From: a bacterium | GTDB taxonomy: Bacteria > UBA8248 > JACPRG01 > G963555815 | Assembly: GCA_965261595.1 (NCBI GenBank) | Contig: CBDHDG010000006.1 | Span: forward strand, 1,120,001 to 1,184,000 | Direction: 5' to 3' | Length of the DNA stretch: 64,000 bases | Shown: positions 59,917 to 64,000 of the stretch, in pieces | How the letters are laid out: the number at the start of each line of letters is the position of its first letter | Numbering within the stretch: position 1 is the first letter of the stretch | Notes under the pieces: generated by a model | The model's input: the letters and a program-made list of their open reading frames with translations, nothing else | What the model was told of the DNA's origin: nothing | Databases searched by the model: none | Translations under genes and position numbers: made by a program

Positions 59917-60603
59917 CTAGACGTTCTCTATCCGCCGGGCGGACAGCCCCTGGAAAACGTGGAGCATGAACGCCGCCGAGACGACGGGCGCCAGGAGGTT
60001 CAGAAGGGGAACGCTGAACAGAAGGACGATGAGCAGTCCCGCCCCGATGATCCGCACCCGGTTGCCTTTCCGGACTCGGTGAACCGCTCTCTTATCCAGG
60101 CGTCTGATTGCGACGAGCTCGAAGTACTCCCGTCCCAACAAGTAAGCATTGAGCAGATAGGCGGCGACAGGCCCCAGCCCCGGAATCAAGTACACCGGCA
60201 ACGCGATCAGGTTGATCACGACCAGGGCGGCCGTCAACCGGACGACGATGGCGATACTTTCCGAAAGGGGCTGCGCCCGGGTCGGCGGCAAACCGGGGTA
60301 ATGGCGCGACTCGACGGCCGCGAAAATCTTTTCCAGAAACAGCGTCATCATCAGCGTCGCGACGGCGGGGAACAACAGCCATGTCAACACCAAGGCCGAG
60401 AGACCGCCGAGGATGTCGAGGGCGTTGTCGAGCCAACCGATCTTGAAGACGGTGACTTCCGCCAGGATCCACCAAACGCCGGCGATCAGGACGGCGAACA
60501 CGCCGGCCGTGATCAAAATGCCGCGCCGGACCACCTTCCAGCACGACCTTTCCGTTAAGATGGACAAGGCCCGAACGGCCGCGGTCAACATCGTCCATTC
60601 CAA
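59917..60603 (-). CDS. EI24/CysZ-like membrane protein
   Basis: FLE.I..AVE.RHYP, YLLGREYFELVA.R and VPLLNLLAPV motifs. Confidence 0.88.
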   Translation of the reverse strand: MEWTMLTAAVRALSILTERSCWKVVRRGILITAGVFAVLIAGVWWILAEVTVFKIGWLDNALDILGGLSALVLTWLLFPAVATLMMTLFLEKIFAAVESRHYPGLPPTRAQPLSESIAIVVRLTAALVVINLIALPVYLIPGLGPVAAYLLNAYLLGREYFELVAIRRLDKRAVHRVRKGNRVRIIGAGLLIVLLFSVPLLNLLAPVVSAAFMLHVFQGLSARRIENV

Positions 60604-60680
60604 TCCGGGTAGATCGTCACAGGCTCAATCTCAGAATCCACTTCGTATGGGCGTCCGTGAATGACCCTGGAGATTATCGC

Positions 60681-61943
60681 ATGCCCAACCGCTGGCTCAT
60701 CGTATTCTCCGCCGCGCTGATCAGCCTGGTCGGTTTCGGCAGCCGGGGCGTCTTCGGCGTCGTCTACGTCGAGATGCTGAAGGAGTTCCACTGGGACCGG
60801 GCCGCGTTGGCGGGCGTGTACTCGGTGGGGATGCTCCTGATGGGGTTCGGCGGACCCCTGGCGGGAAGCCTTTCGCGCAAAATCGGGTTCAGGCGGTACT
60901 ATCTGGTAAGCGGACTGCTCGTCGGGTTGACCTTTCTCTTGGCCAGCCGCGTCCAAACGCTCGCGCAGGTGTACTGGACCTACGGCCTGCTCGGCGGGCT
61001 TTCGCTGGCGGCGCTCGGCTTCGGCCCGACGCAGGGACTGGTCGCCCGGTGGTTCGAGACGCGGCGCGGCCTGGCCATCGGGATCGTCGGCGCGGGCGTG
61101 GGCGCTTATCCGCTTCTGGCGCCCCTCGCCCAGCTTCTCATCGACGCCCTCGGATGGCGAAACGCCCTGGTCGCCCTGGGAGTCTTCTTCTTCGCCGTTG
61201 TGACGCTCCTGGGAACCACCCTCATGCGGGAGCCGCCGAAGGAGGCGGGCGACCCGCAATCCTCCGACGCGCCCCGCGAAGGCGCCGCCGCGGGGGGGGG
61301 AGGGGGGGATTGGACGCTGCGCGGGGCCCTGGGAACCGGACCCGTCTGGTTGATCGGCCTGGCGTGGTTCTTCATGGCCGTCTCGATCCATTTCGTGAAC
61401 ACCCACCTCGTCGCCCTGCTGGTCGGGATCGGCCATCCCGCGTTGCTGTCGTCCAGCGTCTTGGCCTCGGTGGGGGTCTTTTCGGTGATCAACCGGGCCG
61501 TGAGCGGGGGGATCTCCGACCGTCTCGGGCGCGTCCGGATTTTTGTCGCGGGCGTCGTCGCGGCGTGCCTGGGCCTGTTGACGCTCTTGTTCCTCCTGAC
61601 AACCGGGGGGGGCGCCGGGGGAGTGGGGTGGTTCTATGCTTTCGCCGTCTTGTTCGGTCTCGGAACGGGGGCGCAGACGACCCAGGTCACGGCGCTGGCG
61701 TCCGATCTCTACCGGGGGCGGTTCTTCGGAAGTATCATCGGTTTTTTGACCATCGGTTTCGGCCTGGGGGGGGCGGTGGGGCCTTGGCTCGGCGGGCTCA
61801 TCTTCGAGTGGACCGGGAGCTACCGCGTTATGATAGGCTGCGTCCTGGCGACCCAGGCGGCCGCGGCGCTCTCCCTGATCGCGGCCGGCCGGTTGGGCCG
61901 GCGCCTCCGCGAACCGTTCCCGGCGGACGCGGGCGCGCGCTGA
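60681..61943 (+). CDS. MFS transporter (OFA/MCT-like)
   Basis: About 12 TM segments, RWFETRRGLAIG and GGISDRLGR motifs. Confidence 0.93.
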   Translation: MPNRWLIVFSAALISLVGFGSRGVFGVVYVEMLKEFHWDRAALAGVYSVGMLLMGFGGPLAGSLSRKIGFRRYYLVSGLLVGLTFLLASRVQTLAQVYWTYGLLGGLSLAALGFGPTQGLVARWFETRRGLAIGIVGAGVGAYPLLAPLAQLLIDALGWRNALVALGVFFFAVVTLLGTTLMREPPKEAGDPQSSDAPREGAAAGGGGGDWTLRGALGTGPVWLIGLAWFFMAVSIHFVNTHLVALLVGIGHPALLSSSVLASVGVFSVINRAVSGGISDRLGRVRIFVAGVVAACLGLLTLLFLLTTGGGAGGVGWFYAFAVLFGLGTGAQTTQVTALASDLYRGRFFGSIIGFLTIGFGLGGAVGPWLGGLIFEWTGSYRVMIGCVLATQAAAALSLIAAGRLGRRLREPFPADAGAR

Positions 61944-61988
61944 CGGCCCCCGCCGCTCACCGAATCGGCAAAGGCATCGAGTAACCCC

Positions 61989-63209
61989 ATGAACGACATT
62001 CTCGCGGGACTCCGGGTCGTCGAAGGCTCGGCCTTCGTTGCCGCGCCCCTGGCCGGGATGACCCTGGCGCAGCTCGGCGCCGATGTCATCCGCTTCGATC
62101 CCCCCGGCGGCGGAATCGATTATCGGCGCTGGCCCGTGACGAGCGGCGGCATAAGCCTCTACTGGGCCGGCTTGAATAAAGGCAAGCGGTCCATCGCCGT
62201 GGATTTCCGCCGTCCGGAAGGCCGGGAGCTGGTGACGGCCCTCATCACGGAACCCGGACCGGACGCGGGGATCTTCCTGACGAACTTCCCCGCCGCCGGC
62301 TGGCTCGGCTACGAAGCCCTGAGAGAGCGGCGGCGCGATCTGATCATGCTCGCCATCACCGGCAACCGCGACGGCTCCTCGGAGGTCGATTACACGGTCA
62401 ACTGCGCCACGGGCCTGCCCTTCATGACGGGCGGCGAAGGCGAAGCCGGGCCGGTGAATCACGTCCTTCCCGCCTGGGATCTGGTGACGGGCCTGACGGC
62501 GGTGAACGGGCTGTTGGCCGCCGAGCGCCGCCGCCGCCTGACGGGGGAGGGCCAACGGGTCAGCCTGGCCCTTTCGGACATCGCCTTCGCGACCATGGGC
62601 CACCTGGGCCTGATCGCCGAATTCCAGGTCAACGGCGAGGAGCGGCCGAGATACGGCAACGATCTCTACGGGGCCTTCGGCCGGGATTTCAAGACGAAAG
62701 ACGACCGGCGGATTTATGTCCTTGCCATCACCCGCAGACAGTGGAAAGCCCTCGTCGAGGCCACGGGTATCGGCAGCCGGCTCGGGCGGATCGAGCGGGC
62801 GCTCGGTGTCGACCTGGACGAGGAAGGGGACCGGTTTCGCGCCCGGGACGAAATCGCCGGACTCCTGGAACCCTGGTGCGCGGAGCGGGGGTTGGACGAA
62901 ATCAGCAAGACATTTAAAGGTTCCGGCGTTTCCTGGGGACCGTACCGGACGATCGGCGCGATGTTGAGCGAGGATGAGCGTTGTTCCACCGCGAGCCCGC
63001 TGTTTGAAACCGTGGAGCAGCCCGGCGTCGGCCGGTTCCTCATGCCGGGGTCGCCCCTGGATTTCAGCGGGGCGCCGCGCAAGGCCGTGCGGCCGGCCCC
63101 GGTCCTGGGACAGCACACGGACGAAATCCTCGAAACCGTGTTGGGACTCAGCCGCCGCGAGATCGGCGACCTCCACGACAAGGGGGTTGTGAAGGCCGAG
63201 ACGCCCTGA
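61989..63209 (+). CDS. mct: Class III CoA-transferase resembling mesaconyl-CoA C1-C4 transferase (2-methylfumaryl-CoA isomerase)
   Basis: Subfamily-like motifs EGSAFVAAPL.GMTLAQLGADVIRFD..GGG.DY.RWP, VDYTVN, PVNHVLPAWD and GNDLYGAFGRDF. Confidence 0.78.
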   Translation: MNDILAGLRVVEGSAFVAAPLAGMTLAQLGADVIRFDPPGGGIDYRRWPVTSGGISLYWAGLNKGKRSIAVDFRRPEGRELVTALITEPGPDAGIFLTNFPAAGWLGYEALRERRRDLIMLAITGNRDGSSEVDYTVNCATGLPFMTGGEGEAGPVNHVLPAWDLVTGLTAVNGLLAAERRRRLTGEGQRVSLALSDIAFATMGHLGLIAEFQVNGEERPRYGNDLYGAFGRDFKTKDDRRIYVLAITRRQWKALVEATGIGSRLGRIERALGVDLDEEGDRFRARDEIAGLLEPWCAERGLDEISKTFKGSGVSWGPYRTIGAMLSEDERCSTASPLFETVEQPGVGRFLMPGSPLDFSGAPRKAVRPAPVLGQHTDEILETVLGLSRREIGDLHDKGVVKAETP

Positions 63210-63350
63210 GCCGCGCCGGGCGTCGGCCGGCCCGTGGATCTTCCGGCGGGAAGGATCCTGGGACCCGGTTCCCGAACAGAGCGTGAAACAGATTTCATCG
63301 CGCGGGATTGAGGCAAAAAAGTTGACTTTCTTCCAGAGGGGACTGCCCGG

Positions 63351-64000
63351 GTGGCCGCTCATATCCCGTTCCTCACCGCCCGCTGGTCGAACCTGGCGCT
63401 CCTGACCTACGCCGTGCCGGCCCAGGTCCTGGAGCCGGCCCTGCCGCCCGGGTGCCGGTTGGACGAGCGCGAGGGGCGCGCGTTCGTCAGTCTGGTCGCC
63501 TTCGACTTTCTCGACACACGCGTGTTGGGCATTCCCTGGCCGGGTTTCCGCGATTTCCCGGAAATCAACCTCCGGTTTTACGTCCGGCGCGGGAAGGACC
63601 GCGGCGTCTGCTTCATTCGCGAGTTCGTCCCCCGGCGGTTCATGGCATGGGTCGCCCGGACGCTCTACAACGAGCCTTACCTCGGCGCACCGATGAGCAG
63701 CCGGACCGAAGAAGGTCCGGCCGAGATCACCGTCCGGCACACCCTGCGGTTCGGCGGCCGGGAGCACACGCTGCGCGTGACCGGCCAAAAGCCCCCGGTC
63801 CATCCATCCGAAGGCAGCGTCGAGCATTTCTTCAAAGAGCACCAGTGGGGGTTCGGCAGGACCCGGGGCGGAAGGCTCATCCGCTACGAGGTGGCATCAT
63901 CCGGCCTGGGACATCCACTCCGTGCGCTCGGTGGACCTGGACTGGGACTGGGCGCGCGTCTATGGCCCCCGGTGGGCGTTCCTGGAGAACGCGCCGCTTT
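63351..64000 (+). CDS. DUF2071 family protein (runs off the window; apparent frameshift near 63895)
   Basis: FLTARWSNL, VSLVAFDF, FPEINLRFYV, YNEPY and FFKEHQWG motifs; the expected HPAW continues in the +1 frame. Confidence 0.85.
   Translation, partial: MAAHIPFLTARWSNLALLTYAVPAQVLEPALPPGCRLDEREGRAFVSLVAFDFLDTRVLGIPWPGFRDFPEINLRFYVRRGKDRGVCFIREFVPRRFMAWVARTLYNEPYLGAPMSSRTEEGPAEITVRHTLRFGGREHTLRVTGQKPPVHPSEGSVEHFFKEHQWGFGRTRGGRLIRYEVASSGLGHPLRALGGPGLGLGARLWPPVGVPGERAA

Noticed and set aside
60585..63842. 1085-aa minus-strand ORF
   Set aside because: Antisense shadow of the MFS, mct-like and DUF2071 genes. It has no recognisable motifs, and such shadows are common at this GC content.

Overview
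GC-rich bacterial chromosome segment. The gene order resembles deltaproteobacteria or Nitrospinota, but this is tentative. The housekeeping backbone comprises: yceD-rpmF-plsX-fabH-fabD-fabG-acpP-fabF-rnc, smc-ftsY, a DUF47-pit-ppx phosphate operon, an M23 peptidase, cinA, mocA with an orphan xanthine-dehydrogenase-family large subunit, a TPR gene-ftsE-ftsX-envC-ctpA-tsaD-dusB block, and recA-recX. Accessory material includes: two direct copies of an IS3-family element around a truncated C5 DNA methyltransferase; hicB with a stub of hicA; an acyl-CoA/C5-dicarboxylate cluster whose MmgE/PrpD gene is split by a cargo-carrying IS1595; an MNT-HEPN toxin-antitoxin pair; a decaying copper locus; a second IS1595; an MFS transporter; an mct-like CoA transferase; and DUF2071. 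The copper locus appears to encode a multicopper oxidase-cupredoxin-2xCusF fusion. The most striking observation is two different transposase-free cassettes (48326-49283 and 57648-58555). Each has related terminal inverted repeats, a perfect 8-bp target duplication and unrelated low-GC cargo genes. Each end carries two NrdR-box-like 16-mers, the same motif that occurs as a 32-bp-spaced tandem upstream of host smc. At least eight genes carry frameshifts, so decay versus assembly error needs checking. No rRNA, tRNA or CRISPR array was seen.
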